A DNA stretch of 64,000 nucleotides, taken from positions 14,170,948-14,234,947 of the forward strand of contig NC_092673.1 of the NCBI RefSeq assembly GCF_964355755.1. The letters are read 5' to 3'. Shown piece by piece: positions 50,740 to 63,690 of this stretch. Position numbers and translations under genes: made by a program. Below the pieces are notes generated by a model, which was not told where the DNA came from, did no database searches, and was given only the letters and a program-made list of their open reading frames with translations. Numbering within the stretch: the first letter of the stretch is position 1; the number at the start of each line of letters is the position of its first letter. The DNA is from Antedon mediterranea (lineage: Eukaryota; Animalia; Echinodermata).

Positions 50740-53650
50740 TTGATACATCACTAAAGATGCGACCAACCATTTGACATCATATACTTCATTCACATCTAAA
50801 CAACAAACAACTTGTAAACTGCTTTCTAATAGATACCTTTCAACTAAGGTGAGTTTAGGGACAGGCAAAGGCAGCTGGCAATTTTTGAAAGGGCACATAG
50901 CAATCAAGAATGACGACAGCACAATATATGAATGTTTTGTTAACGACATTAAAAGAATGCCGATTGCAGGAAAAGTACAGGTCATGCCAATAGACAGATA
51001 ATTCACAACTTGTAAGTCTCTAAACTGCTTTCTAATAGACATTAACAGAATGCCGATTGCAGGGAAAGTACATGCCATGCCAATAGACAGATACTTTACC
51101 CATAAAGACCATGTAAAAATTAAAATAATATTGTTAAGGACAACTTTTTAACCGAGAACCATATTTTAACAATGTATTAGGGATGTACATATGATTTTAG
51201 AACAATTACGAGATTTACGATATCGTATAAATTTTGTTATTGTTTCTTTTGCCTATCTGGATATTGAAGTGTTTCTTCAAAATACCAGACAAAACATTTT
51301 GGCAAATTTATGCCAAATACAGGTCAAATTAGCAATTGAAGTGACGGTACCTATCTCTTGTACGTTAACAACTTGACGTTGACAACTCATGGGTAGATTT
51401 TTCCATGCACTTGTGACATTACAGCAATTTAAGGCGATATCCCTACTCAAGCGAAATCATATGTAAATCCCTAATAATATGGTTCTCAATGAAGTTGTCC
51501 TTTACCATGTGTTATTAAAAGTATTATAATTGCTGCAAAGTAGTAGTAGTAGTAGTAATATGTTCACAGCACTCCATTTTCAAAAAAAGAGGCAATAAGT
51601 AGTAATGATCTAAAGAGCAGGGCAGAAGAGGATTGCCCAAATCACCAAGAATTACTGTGGTGTCGCTATATATCTAGATCAGAGACATCAATACATATTG
51701 CGTAATGATCTTTCTTCTATTATTTCCAACAATTCTGAATCTATGTTTATTTACAGAGCAGAGGCGAGAAGTCTGTTAATTTGTATTTTGTAGAGCCATT
51801 CGAGTGTCGCACAATTGGAAAGGGTCCAACAGCCAGACGCTTCATAAAAGCATATGGGATTTTAAAAGATCACAATAGAGTTGTCGAGTGCTTTATAAAT
51901 GAAAGTACGGCCGTAACGAGAAGCCTAATAAATAAGATACTGGCGTTAGAAAGAAAATACATAACCGTCAAAAATTGTTCGGTCGATACCCTCAACGATA
52001 AAGTTTCCTTGTCGGCCAAAACAAAGGTATGACTAGTCTATTTTAATATTTGGTTTGATACTTTTTGAGATAATAATCATGTTTTTGGAATTGGTTTAAA
52101 AAGGCAAATGAGATTAATTTTTTTTTTCTCAGTTTTTCTTTAAAGCAGCGCCATTTAAATTTGATGAAAGTGTAGTTAAAGACTACAGAAATCCAGCAAA
52201 GATTGCTTTAAATCAAATCCAAACTTGGCCGATAAAAAGAAGACTGTCGGCTGAGGGAAACGTGTCTAATTATATTGGCGAAGTGAGAACAGTTGGAGAA
52301 AATAAACGTTTACGCACAATCCATATAAGCGATGGGCCGGATACCATTGAGGTGAACTTGTGGGGTGACCACGCAGACGTTGCCTTCACTCTAAATGAAG
52401 GGTGGAGGCAACTGACTTAATGGTCATTGAATACAAAGGTGTAAAAAAACGGGAATCAACGTCATTGTTGGTAATTAAAAATGTGGTACAAAAAAAAACA
52501 TGCTTGGAGATATCATTGATATATATTGCATAATTTATATAAATTTGGCTTTAGTGTGTTAATATTTTATTCATTTTATCTCTCCTTAACATCTTTCAAT
52601 TTTAAGAATAGAAGCGTTCACATCAAATCCGTCCGGATTTCGTACGATCCTGAGACGATTAGGTATCTTCATACATTAATTCTTTTATTAAAAAAAAAGT
52701 ATAAATTACAAAAAACACAACAAATAAATTTTAAAAATTGTAAACTGAATTAGCTACAGTACCTTTATGTTGTTGCCTTTGGTGGTTATGTGCGCTATGA
52801 TACATTTTTTTGCAATGCAATCATATTCACTTTTACCTTAGTTTTGTTAAGACCTTTCTGAAATATACATCGCTCTTGGATATGTGACGAACCAAACATA
52901 TATTTCACTGATAAACTGCGGAGCTATTTTTGTTTAATTTTTTTTTTAAACGTTTCATACTGTATACAGTCACAGTAATGGGGTTTCATGAGAGGGTATT
53001 GAGTTCCTTTTGCTACTGTTTTAATAAGATGTAAAGTACACTCTTGAAAATAAGGTGGATCCAAATCTTAAATGGCTATGTGCAAGCTGCCACATTAGCG
53101 CACTTGGTGGACGCATAACACCATTTCAGTTTAAAGAGCATGGAGATAAATGCTTAGAGTGCTACTTGTTTAGTCAACAAACAAGACTTGGTCGAAGGCT
53201 GAAGAAATACAAGTTTCCAGAAAACAGAAACAATACTAACTGGTAGTTTTATTTCCACCCATGAGCACTTGCTATTAAACCCTCAATTTGAAATTTTTGA
53301 AAATGATGACAATAAAGTGTATGAACATTGAATGTCAGATCTGCAATAATTTATTGTCAATTGACAGCCAGCAGACACCTTTTCAACATTTTTTTGTGTA
53401 CATTTTGCTTTAAAAACATTGTTTAAGGCAGTAGGACATGAATCAATCGAATGTTATAACTGCAGCAAAATTGTCAATGACAAAGATCTAAAACCAGAAC
53501 AATCGTTTAAACGAGTCCCATTGCAATGCAAAGTACAATTAGTTTGGTCAGTAACTCCCAATTATGTTTGTAAAACAATTAAAAAAACAGGCGTTCACCA
53601 AAATTGTACGCGCAGTCGAAGAAATGCACTGGCCCAACACTGAAGTTGAG
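50740..53650 (+). mobile_element. Helentron-associated accessory block, copy 2: OB-fold (RPA-like) and Cys-pair ORF fragments
   Basis: GTGKGSWQFLKGHIAIK..YECFVND; TIGKGPTARRFIKAYGIL..VECFIN; ISDGPDTIEVNLWGD; WLCASCH; IECQICN; IECYNCS. Shares long near-identical segments with 5600-8045. Confidence 0.6.
51137..51501. mobile_element. Kolobok-like MITE
   Basis: AGGACAACTT..GAGAACCATATT..ATTAGGGAT.TACATATGATTT is inverted at 51455-51501; TTAA-like flanks are degenerate. Confidence 0.55.
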
Positions 53651-54954
53651 AAAATGGATCCCAAAAGATGTTTAGCAATTATGAATGCCTGCCACATAAA
53701 ATTGAGCCAGCAACGAGTACTGCAGAGATAAATTCAAAATTAATTTAAATAGTTATTTTTTCTTTTGTGATTACATTGCATTACATTTTGGTCTAGTTTT
53801 GAATTTTGGTTTAAGCGGTGATAGCATTTACACATCGCAGATTGAAACTTGAACATACTAAGCTTTGATTTCAATTGCACAGTGTTTTACTCACTGAGCC
53901 AAACCGTGATTTAAGACAATCATTCGTTCAAAGGATGGGTGCAATTAATTTACAAGAAAAAAAAGAACCACATTTTTTTTTTAATTAAAATTGTTTTACT
54001 GGACAATTTTATATTTTTTATTATAAAATCATCCAGTAGTTTTTTCAGAGAGTTAAGTTGTTTTTTAGAAAATTTTCATTTATTCTGGTTTTATATATAT
54101 ATTATATTAAATCATATTAGAAGAAATTTGTCAATGCATGTGGGGCCAATCATCAACACATCGCCACTGTTGTCTCAAATTATGACTTTACAGGATAATG
54201 AATTAGATGTACTGTACTAGCATTGAGAATAGTATTGTTTGCCTGCTGAAACAATTCAAGTGGCAACATTTCCTAAGATGGAAAGTCTGCAATAGAGAAA
54301 TTTAGTAGTAGTATGTTCACTGCACTTCATTTGCAATTTGTAATTTTTAGTTATGTTGTACTTAAAATTTAGCTATACAGTATATCATTAAATAAGAGGC
54401 AAATCATAAGTAGTAATGATCTAAAGAGCAGGGCAGAAGAGATAACCTAGTACAGAGTGAAATGCAATCAGTCATTGATTGTTTTATAGGCAAGCACAAA
54501 GCTTCCGCTTCAGCACGAAACAACTGCTAAAAACAACAGGATCGTGTGGAAATATTGCCTAAATCACCAAAGAATTACTGAAGATTGAAGACAATCTTGT
54601 TCAGTTTGCAAATTTGTTCAGGAATACATTAATATACCAAAGCTTCCATCTTTTTAATTGACTGAATTAATTTCCTCATGCTTAATGCACTTCGTTACCT
54701 TTTCCACAATCCAAATATGTATTAAATCAACATATGTTCTGATCCTGAATCACATGCTTATTGTAGCGAATGTGGTGGTGACGTTGGGACTGCCAAATAG
54801 TACCATCGCTACTTTTGGTCATTTAATCATGTTAATGGTTCTACCAGATGTTCATCGCCACGGCAACAATGTGAAATGGCTGCTGTTTGGAACGACAACT
54901 TGGTAGCGTATCTGCTAGAATTATAGGGGGATGATTGTGTACAGAGGCAGGTAC

Positions 54955-55160
54955 AGTAGATGGAACACAACGGAACGGCAACATTTAAAAAAAACTTACC
55001 GCCCGGTTTGGCATTGTTGTGACAGCCACACAGGTGACAAACAAACTGAAATACTTATGTCGTGAATACACAAATGCAAGGGATAACAACAACCTGTTGA
55101 GAAGGGAGAAAATGACTTCTCCGTTTTATGAGGTTATTGACAGGATATTGGGTCTGCACA
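54955..55160 (+). pseudogene. Myb/SANT-like DNA-binding fragment (Harbinger partner type)
   Basis: DGTQRNGNI*..TATQVTNKLKYLCREY..ARDNN..SPFYEVIDRILG. Confidence 0.65.
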
Positions 55161-55281
55161 ATCCTACATTTTTGTCCCAATCAACATGATACTAGGTGAG
55201 CAGAAGGCAAGGAAGTCAATGCCGAAATTAATGAAACTTTTAGTCCTAAATTGTTATCTTCCACTAAAAACTATCTAGACA

Positions 55282-58200
55282 ATGAAAACTCTCAAGACAT
55301 TTCAACTACCGAAAGTATTAAACTCAATAGCCAGGACAATACTGAATGATTACGATATCTTACCAGAAAATAATGATTTATGTATTATTACTAATAATAA
55401 TGTTAATAACCTATGTAAAAGTGTACATTCTTTAAATATTAGGCTAACTTGTAATAATTGTTTTTTAAACTTTAATTTATCTTATATAGACAATAATCTA
55501 TTTACTTATCCAGATAGTTGGTGGTGTAATGATTGCTTTAGAAAAATTGCCTTATCAGAACTTACTCAAGTTCTGATTATTCTGATATTATTTATAAAAA
55601 AGGTTTTAAAATTGCTCATTTAAATATCCAGTCACTTAGAAATAAGTTGGACAGTGTTAAAACACTCCTTAATGAACATAATTATGATATATTTTGTATA
55701 ACTGAAACTTGGCTAAATAGCAGTATTGATAATAATGAGATATGGATAAATGGATATGAAATATGTAGACTGGATAGACAACTTTCACAATCAGGTGGTG
55801 GAGTTTTATGCTATATAAGAAATGGTATCCGCTTAAAGAGATCTACAATTTTAGGGTAGAAACTATTGAAGCTCTCTGGGTTGAATTTAACTTGCCATAT
55901 TCTAAAACCATTACTTTTAGGAAATATCTATAGACCACCAAGTGCAAAGGCTGAATATTTAAATGAACTTGACACTATGTTTCAACAATGCACCTCTACA
56001 TATAACGATGTTGTGATCTTAGGTGATTTTTTAGGTGATTTTAATTTAGATATAAGTAACAAGAAAAATGCAGGTAAAATTAATAAATTGGTCAAAAATA
56101 GTAATCTAAACCAACTAATACACGATTTTACTAGGATAACTAATACAAGTAAAACTATAATTGATTTAATATTTGTTACAAATTTGGATATTTCAACAGC
56201 AGGGGTGTCAAGTCTTGGTATAAGTGATCACTCTTTAACCTATTTAATAATAAGAAAAACCAAAAAAGTTAATATTCCTCCTAAATTTATTAAATCTCGT
56301 TCTTTTAAAAAATTTGATGAACATAAATTTATTGATGATCTTAAAAGTATTGACTGGGATCAGATTAAACTCTCAACAGATGTTATTTCAGCTTGGTTAC
56401 TATGGAAAAGCTTATTCAGTAGCCTATGTAATCACCATGCCCCTCTTAAAACAAAGAGGGTCAAAGGCTCACTTCCTGAATGGATAACAAAAGATTACAT
56501 AACATTAACTAAAGACAGGGATTATTATTATAAAAAGGCTCATAAAACTAATGATTCTAAAGATTGGGACACAGCTAAACAAATAAGAAACAAAGTGAAC
56601 AATCTCAACAGGAACCTAAAAAAGAAATATTGTACTAACACCATCAAAGAAAATACTAAAAACCCCAAAAAACTATGGAACACCATAAATAAACTAATTC
56701 CAAAATCAACTGTAAATAGAGTTTATAAAAATGAAAATTATACAACTACGGATAAGGACACAGCAAATGAATTAAATATTCATTTTACGTCAATAGGAAA
56801 TTCTTTAGCAAGTAAATTTTTAAATACAAATATATATAAGACAACAGATTACACTCTTGTAGATAAATTTAAATTTGATTATCTTACATCTGACTATATT
56901 TTTGATGAAATATGCAAATTTTCCAGTAATAAAGCCACCGGAATTGATAATGTAAATTGTAAACTTTTAAAATTAGCAGCGCCAATAATATGTGATTCAC
57001 TTTGCTACATTTGTAATCTATCATTGTTTACATAATTTTTCCATATGAATGGAAACAAGCAAAAGTGACGCCCATATATAAAGAAGGAGATAAATCAGAT
57101 CCAAGTAATTATCGCCCAATTTCTGTTTTACCTTTGGTCTCAAAAATAATAGAACGTGCTGTTCATGACCAATTATATCATTATTTAAGATCTCATGACC
57201 TTCTAAATCCTTCTTAATCAGGTTTCAGGAAAAATCACTCTACCCAAACCACTCTCTTAGATGTTACAGACTATATTTTAAATAATTTTGATAAAGGTAT
57301 TTCAACAGCTGCTATATTCCTGGACCTAAAAAAGGCCTTTGGAGTTTTGGAATAAATAGTACCGAGCTTAAATGGTTTAAATCATATCTTAGTCAAAGAT
57401 CTCAAATTGTTAGTATTAATTCATGTAAATCTGAATCACTGAATGTAAATATCGGAGTTCCTCAAGGTTCAATATTAGGACCATTGCTTTTTATTTTATA
57501 TGTTAACTCACTTCCTAATTCTTTATCATGTAAATGTGTCATGTATGCTGATGATACCACACTTTTATGTAGTTCATCTGACCCACTTAGGCTTCAAAAT
57601 GAAATAGATGTAAATTTTAAAAATATCTCTGCTTCTTTTAATAACCATATTATTGAGAGAGTAAATTCTTTAAATATTTAGGTGTAACTTTTGACACTCA
57701 ACTAACATGGGCTGATCATATTGATAGCCTTTCATCAAAAGTTGCCAAACGCATTGGTGTTATACGTCGTATAAAATATTTTATTCCATCAAACACTCTG
57801 AAAATGTTAGCCAATGCACTAGTTATTCCTTTATTTGATTATTGTAGTTGTGTCTGGTCAAATTGTAAAGTAAACTTTTCAGATTCTCTTCAAATTTTAT
57901 TAAATAGATTAGGTAGAATATTATTATCTGTAGATATCAAAACTCATGTTAGTGATATCCTAAACTCACTTGGTTGGAGTACACTAAAGGACAAATGGAA
58001 TGAACATATTCTAATATTACTTTTCAAGTGCCTAAATGGACATGCACCACCCTATTTATCAACTCAATTTATATTACTGAAGATAGTCACAATAAAGGTA
58101 CACGAAGTCAAAGTAACAACACTTTGATAATACCTAAATGGAATAATACTCAAGGTAAAAGAACTTTTAATTACAGATCTACAAAATTATGGAACTTTCT

Positions 58201-58420
58201 ACCTAACAAAATAAAAAATGATCTTTATGATATGACAGTATCAACTTTCAAATCACAAATTTCAAAACTTTAATTTTAATTCAAAACTAAATCTAATTAA
58301 TGCTCAATGATTAAAACTTCTTCTATCTTGTGTCTTGTTGTTTTAACCTTTAAATGTGCTTACTTTAATTGTTTTAATTTGATTTTGATAATTTTAGGTT
58401 TAATTTTATATTTTCTTTTG
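55282..58420 (+). mobile_element. CR1/L2-group LINE ORF2 (PHD-like, APE endonuclease, RT), decayed
   Basis: TCNNC..WWCNDC; IAHLNIQSLRNK; CITETWL; GDFN; SDH; YRPISVLPLVSKIIE; FLDLKKAF; GVPQGSILGPLLF; MYADDT. Several stops and frameshifts. Confidence 0.93.
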
Positions 58421-58940
58421 TCCATCAGCCAGCCAAAAATGCACGACACCATTTATAATGGATATGGCCCACACAAAGGGAAAGCAGTTTTCTATTTTTT
58501 AGGTTACACAATGCTTCTTACATATATGCCAAAAAGATTATGAGCATGAAGAAATTGTGTAGCTTCTGTTTTCATACTGTTAGGACACATGATATCTTCA
58601 CAAAATCTTGTCTAATTCCACGAACCGAACATGTAAGATTATTTATTTTTTAAGAAAACAATATTGTGTCTGGCTAAACAAATGTATCTTAAAATCATTA
58701 AACTGGTGAAAAGAATTGGTAAAGAATAAATTGCCGTATGGTTAAATTGCCGAAAGGAGAACAATTGGCGTAAGGACAAAATTGGCAGTCCTGCACTAAA
58801 TTTAAACATTGAAGGCAGCATGCAACCACTACGCAACATGGATTATTTTTAGCACAGAAACATAAAACTTTTCTGTGGCGCGAAACTTTTGATTGTTTAG
58901 CGTTTTCAACTCCTCGGACTGAATGCTGTATTACAGTATA

Positions 58941-59027
58941 GCACATGCTGTATTATAGCGCATGCTGTATTATAGCACATGCTGTATTATAGCGCATGCT
59001 GTATTATAGCACATGCTGTATTATAGC
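58941..59027. repeat. 17-bp minisatellite GCRCATGCTGTATTATA x5 (second array at 59992-60078)
   Basis: Directly visible; variant order A-G-A-G-A in unit 1 and A-G-G-G-A in unit 2. Confidence 0.95.
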
Positions 59028-59353
59028 CTTTAGAAAGAAGAAAGTTTATAATTGTTTCCAAATGTAAAGTATGCTTATTTACTGCATTCAAATTTGGGAA
59101 TGGTGACCATGTTGGATTTTAAAATGACTGCCTTTGTAAATTTGTTTAAAAACACATTTACTAACTATAGTTAGTATACTGTAGGCATTTTTAGGTCGTT
59201 GTTTTTTCTCACCAGCTCATTTCCACCATGTAAAAGTTTGCTACTTGCTGCACCAGCCAAACCGCTTACAGCCAGACCACTCATTGCTGCACATACAAAT
59301 TTAGAATCACCGGGCCGCGCATTTAGTTTAATTTACATACGGTAACTATTACA

Positions 59354-59674
59354 ATGGCACAAGCCCAAGTTGTTATGTTCATAATAGAAGAGGAAAAAAA
59401 TAATTTAAAGCAATTGGTGCTTCAACTGAAGCAGAAAAACATTCGACTGTCAGGAGAAATAAGACAATTAAATCGCCGCTTGCAAAGGCGTGCAGGGGTA
59501 ATATCATATTTGGAAAACCAAAATTTTAATCTGAACAGAAGATTAGAGGAAGAAGAAGAAGTAAGTGGTGGAAACGCATCTTCCTCTGGCTCTTGGAGAT
59601 TTCCCAGGAATGCTTACATCGGTTGTTCTGTTAGGACACATGATATCTTTACAAAATCTTGTCTAATTCCATGA
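59354..59674 (+). CDS. Small coiled-coil protein of unknown function (frameshifted copy at about 60403-60686)
   Basis: ATG start, heptad-rich EEEKNNLKQLVLQLKQKNIRLSGEIRQLNRRL..; the last 14 codons come from the duplication junction. Confidence 0.4.
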   Translation: MAQAQVVMFIIEEEKNNLKQLVLQLKQKNIRLSGEIRQLNRRLQRRAGVISYLENQNFNLNRRLEEEEEVSGGNASSSGSWRFPRNAYIGCSVRTHDIFTKSCLIP

Positions 59675-60799
59675 ACCGAAAATGTAAGATTATTTATTTT
59701 TTAAGAAAACAATATTGTGTCTGGCTAAACAAATGTATCTTAAAATCATTAAACTGGTGAAAAGAATTGGTAAAGAATAAATTGCCGTATGGTTAAATTG
59801 CCGAAAGGACAACAATTGGCGTAAGGACAAAATTGGCAGTCCTGCACTAAATTTAAACATTGAAGGCAGCATGCAACCACTACGCAACATGGATTATTTT
59901 TAGCACAGAAACATGAAACTTTTCTGTGGCGCGAAACTTTTGATTGTTTAGCGTTTTCAACTCCTCGGACTGAATGCTGTATTACAGTATAGCACATGCT
60001 GTATTATAGCGCATGCTGTATTATAGCGCATGCTGTATTATAGCGCATGCTGTATTATAGCACATGCTGTATTATAGCCTTTAGAAAGAAGAAAGTTTAT
60101 AATTGTTTCCAAATGTAAAGTATGCTTATTTACTGCATTCAAATTTGGGAATGGTGACCATGTTGGATTTTAAAATGACTGCCTTTGTAAATTTGTTTAA
60201 AAACACATTTACTTACTATAGTTAGTATACTGTAGGCATTTTTAGGTCGTTGTTTTTTCTCACCAGCTCATTTCCACCATGTAAAAGTTAGCTACTTGCT
60301 GCACCAGCCAAACCGCTTACAGCCAGACCACTCATTGCTGCACATACAAATTTAGAATCACCGGGCCGCGCATTTAGTTTAATTTACATACGGTAACTAT
60401 TATGATGGCACAAGCCCAAGTTGTTATGTTCATAATAGAAGAGGAAAAAAATAATTTAAAGCAATTGGTGCTTCAACTGAAGCAGAAAAACATTCGACTG
60501 GCAGGAGAAATAAGACAATTAAATCGCCGCTTGCAAAGGCGTGCAGGGGTAATATCCTATTTGGAAAACCAAAATTAATCTGAACAGAAGATTAGAGGAA
60601 GAAGAAGAAGTAAGTGGTGGAACGCATCTTCCTATGGCTCTTGGAGATTTCCCAGGAATGCTTACATCGGTTGTTCTAAATTTTAGGGGTTCTAAGGAAA
60701 CAACCTTTTAAAATATGTGGCTTCTGAAATTAGTCAGAAGTTGTATTTAGCTCAAATAAGAGCACTTGGCACCCGATTGAGGCATACTTTATATATATG

Positions 60800-61635
60800 A
60801 AAATGAAAGATAAGAATATGTTAAGCATGGTGGATGAAACCATTACATATGAATGTGAAAAATGAAGAAAAGTAGTAGCGATGCAAAAACTACAGTAAAA
60901 AAGGAACCTCAATCATTGTCTAATTGAAATGTCTGTAATGTTAAACAGCCAAGAAGAACTGCAAAACATATTTCCACAAACACATTGAGTAGACATGATA
61001 CTTGCTTTTTATATTTAATTTAGACCAATAAAAGATAAATGAATGTAAGACAGGTTTGCAGATGGGACATTCAAAGTGGTACCAACATTTCACATCAGAA
61101 AATATGTTCCTTATGAGAAGATGAGAATATTTAAGCATTGGTGGATGAAACCATTACATATGAATGTGAAAAATGAAGAAAGGTAGTCTGCAATGCAAAA
61201 ACTACAGTAAAAGAGGAACATCAATCATTGTCAAATTGAAATGTCTGTAATGTTAAACAGCCAAGAAGAGCTGCAATTTTATATTTAATTTAGACCAATA
61301 AAAGATAAATGAGTAAGACAAGTTTGCAGATGGGACATTCAAAGTGGTACCAACATTTCACATCAGAAAATATGTTCCTTATGAGAAGATGAGAATATTT
61401 AAGCATTGGTGGATGAAACCATTACATATAAATGTGAAAAATGAAGAAAAGTAGTCTGCAATGCAAAAACTACAGTAAAAGAGGAACCTCAATCATTGTC
61501 AAATTGAAATGTCGGTATGTTAAACAGCCAAGAAGAGCCAAGACTGGTTTGCAGACAGTATCAACATTCCCCATCAGTAAAGATGATGGATGAAACCATT
61601 ACATATGAATGTGAAAAACTAAGAAAAGTATTAAA
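60800..61635. repeat. Degenerate tandem repeats of about 180-310 bp
   Basis: GGATGAAACCATTACATATGAATGTGAAAAA near 60832, 61144, 61411 and 61588, with shared flanks. Confidence 0.85.
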
Positions 61636-63439
61636 TGGAGGTGGAAAAAATCTAACACCAACAGACCTGAGAAAAGGATGAAACAAAACATCAAGTGAGG
61701 ATGAACATGAATCTAAGACAAAAAAAGATAGACATCTGAGGAAACAAAGTTCTACAGATGTGTTTCCATATATAAGCAAGCATAATATATATTATCATGA
61801 ATTTTGAGTAGGCATCCTTACTACCGTATTTAGATTTTTTCAATGATTATAAGGAAGCCTTTTTAAAATATTAGAAAAAGGTGTTAAAATATTCCCTAAT
61901 GGAATAAAATCTGGTTTCTAACATCAAAGAATGTTTAGATTAAATGTAAAGGGGAAAAAAGAAGGAAATGATTATTTCTTTTAGAAATATGACATTAGAA
62001 AGAGAACAATTGGAGAGTTGCAAAGGGGAATTATTTTGAGACACATAAAAAAATAAAAATATATTTTAGTAGTCAGCGTAACAATGTTATTTAACCTGTG
62101 AATATACAGTCAAAAATATGTACAATGTAAACTCAGTCATCAATTTAACAATAGATACACTCCATTTTATGTCTGTTTCCATGGCACTATCTACCTTTTT
62201 TTTGCAGAAAGATTTCTGGTGAAACTACAACGTATAATAATCTTTGTTCCTTGTTGTCTCTCATCAACCTCTGAAGGTTTAACAACTGAGGTACTTTTAT
62301 GTTCCCATACCAAAACAATGAAGATGATTGTTTACTGCTGCATTTTCTATTCACTTTTTGTTGTTGCTTCTTTTTTGACACTTTCGTTTATTTTCAGTTT
62401 ATCTGGATGGTGATTTCCAAACCACAATTCATGGTAAACTATTGCCGTTTTACATACAGGCCTTCTTTGTATGCTCACAAAGACAAAACAACTACAGTAC
62501 CTGGTCCAATGGTAGATGAGAAAAACTAATGCAGTGTATTTTTCACCAAACTCAAAAGTGGTTCTGCTCAAAGTATAAATGTATATTGATGCATAGTTAT
62601 CGTCTTTCTTTATACAGATCTGCCTCATTCAATTGTTAATTCCTGTATGAACTTCAGCGCAGGAGAAACCTTCTTCACACTCTTTGAGGCCTGATGTTCA
62701 TTGTCTTTTAAAAGGTTGTTCCAAGACTCATCAAAGACCAATCATGTATAGGATATTCTGTACCAATTCTTCACTAGTAAAACAACAGTCATTGCATCAC
62801 ATTTGACATCAAATGTACCAACAAATTGTTTAAAATTACAATTATAAGGCTTCGGTTAATCCTGTTCATATAAGGTGGAAGCTCATAAAATGAATTCAAC
62901 AGCAGTTATAAAACATGACAACAAAACTTCATCTGGATGTGAACTTAAGTTGTGGTATGGAAACATATGTATGTACCCTAATTGAACCTGTCAGAAGAGG
63001 ATAGGAGGTAGATGGAAACACATAATACAACAATAATGTTAAATTTGTTTATTAAACTCCAGATTTTTGTAACTGCAAAGAAACAAATCAACAGTGCCAA
63101 AGTATGAAATAACTGCTTGACATTGTGTGAGTGTTTTAAACAACTATTTTAAAGGATAAAGTATATATGAAGAAAAAACATTTTGTGCACTATATATATT
63201 AACTGTATATTCAATTGATTGAAGAACAACATTGTGACTTTTGACCAAGAGCTGAGTTTAGTTTGTTATGTGTCTTACACTAATTTGAACCCTCAGAAGA
63301 CTGAGTTAATAAAAAAATAAATAAAATAAAAATAAATCAAATAAAAAATACATTAATATGCATATTGTTACAAAAATTGATTCGGCTCTGATTTTATTTA
63401 CTGAATCAATTACAGTTTAAACTTTTTATGTATGATCCA

Positions 63440-63690
63440 ACAGTTCAACAGCCAGGAAAAGATCCTTATTGCTAGTGGACTCATTGACAAATTCAAAGGA
63501 CCTCTCACATGTTAAGGCTATTCAGTAGGAAATAGACCATGCTATTGTGGAAGCACAAGGTTTGAAAGTAATTGAAACTGGACTTTAGCTCCACACATCA
63601 GGCATAATTGAAGCATCCACCACCTGATGGTTTTATTGGCAATGATACAGTTGTTGAAAGTAAAATGTCCACACACAAAACGAGTATACT
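63440..63690 (+). pseudogene. YqaJ/lambda-exonuclease-like fragment (TE accessory)
   Basis: GLKVIETGL*LHTSGIIEAS/PDGFIGNDTVVE/VKCP, a frameshifted ASPDG..ExKCP motif. Confidence 0.7.

Larger units (their letters stand above)
58577..60677. repeat. Tandem duplication, two near-identical units of about 1051 bp
   Basis: CTGTTAGGACACATGATATC at 58577 and 59628; ORF pairs offset by 1051 (58639/59690, 58698/59749). Confidence 0.95.

Noticed and set aside
35740-53905. tRNA genes at about 35790, 45850 and 53870
   Set aside because: A/B-box-like words only, no intact cloverleaf; treated as SINE relics.
58639-59997. Duplicated minus-strand ORFs of 66 and 82 aa
   Set aside because: Their identity reflects the recent tandem duplication; no coding signature.
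62187-63000. Cluster of short overlapping ORFs
   Set aside because: No recognisable motif; probably decayed repeat.
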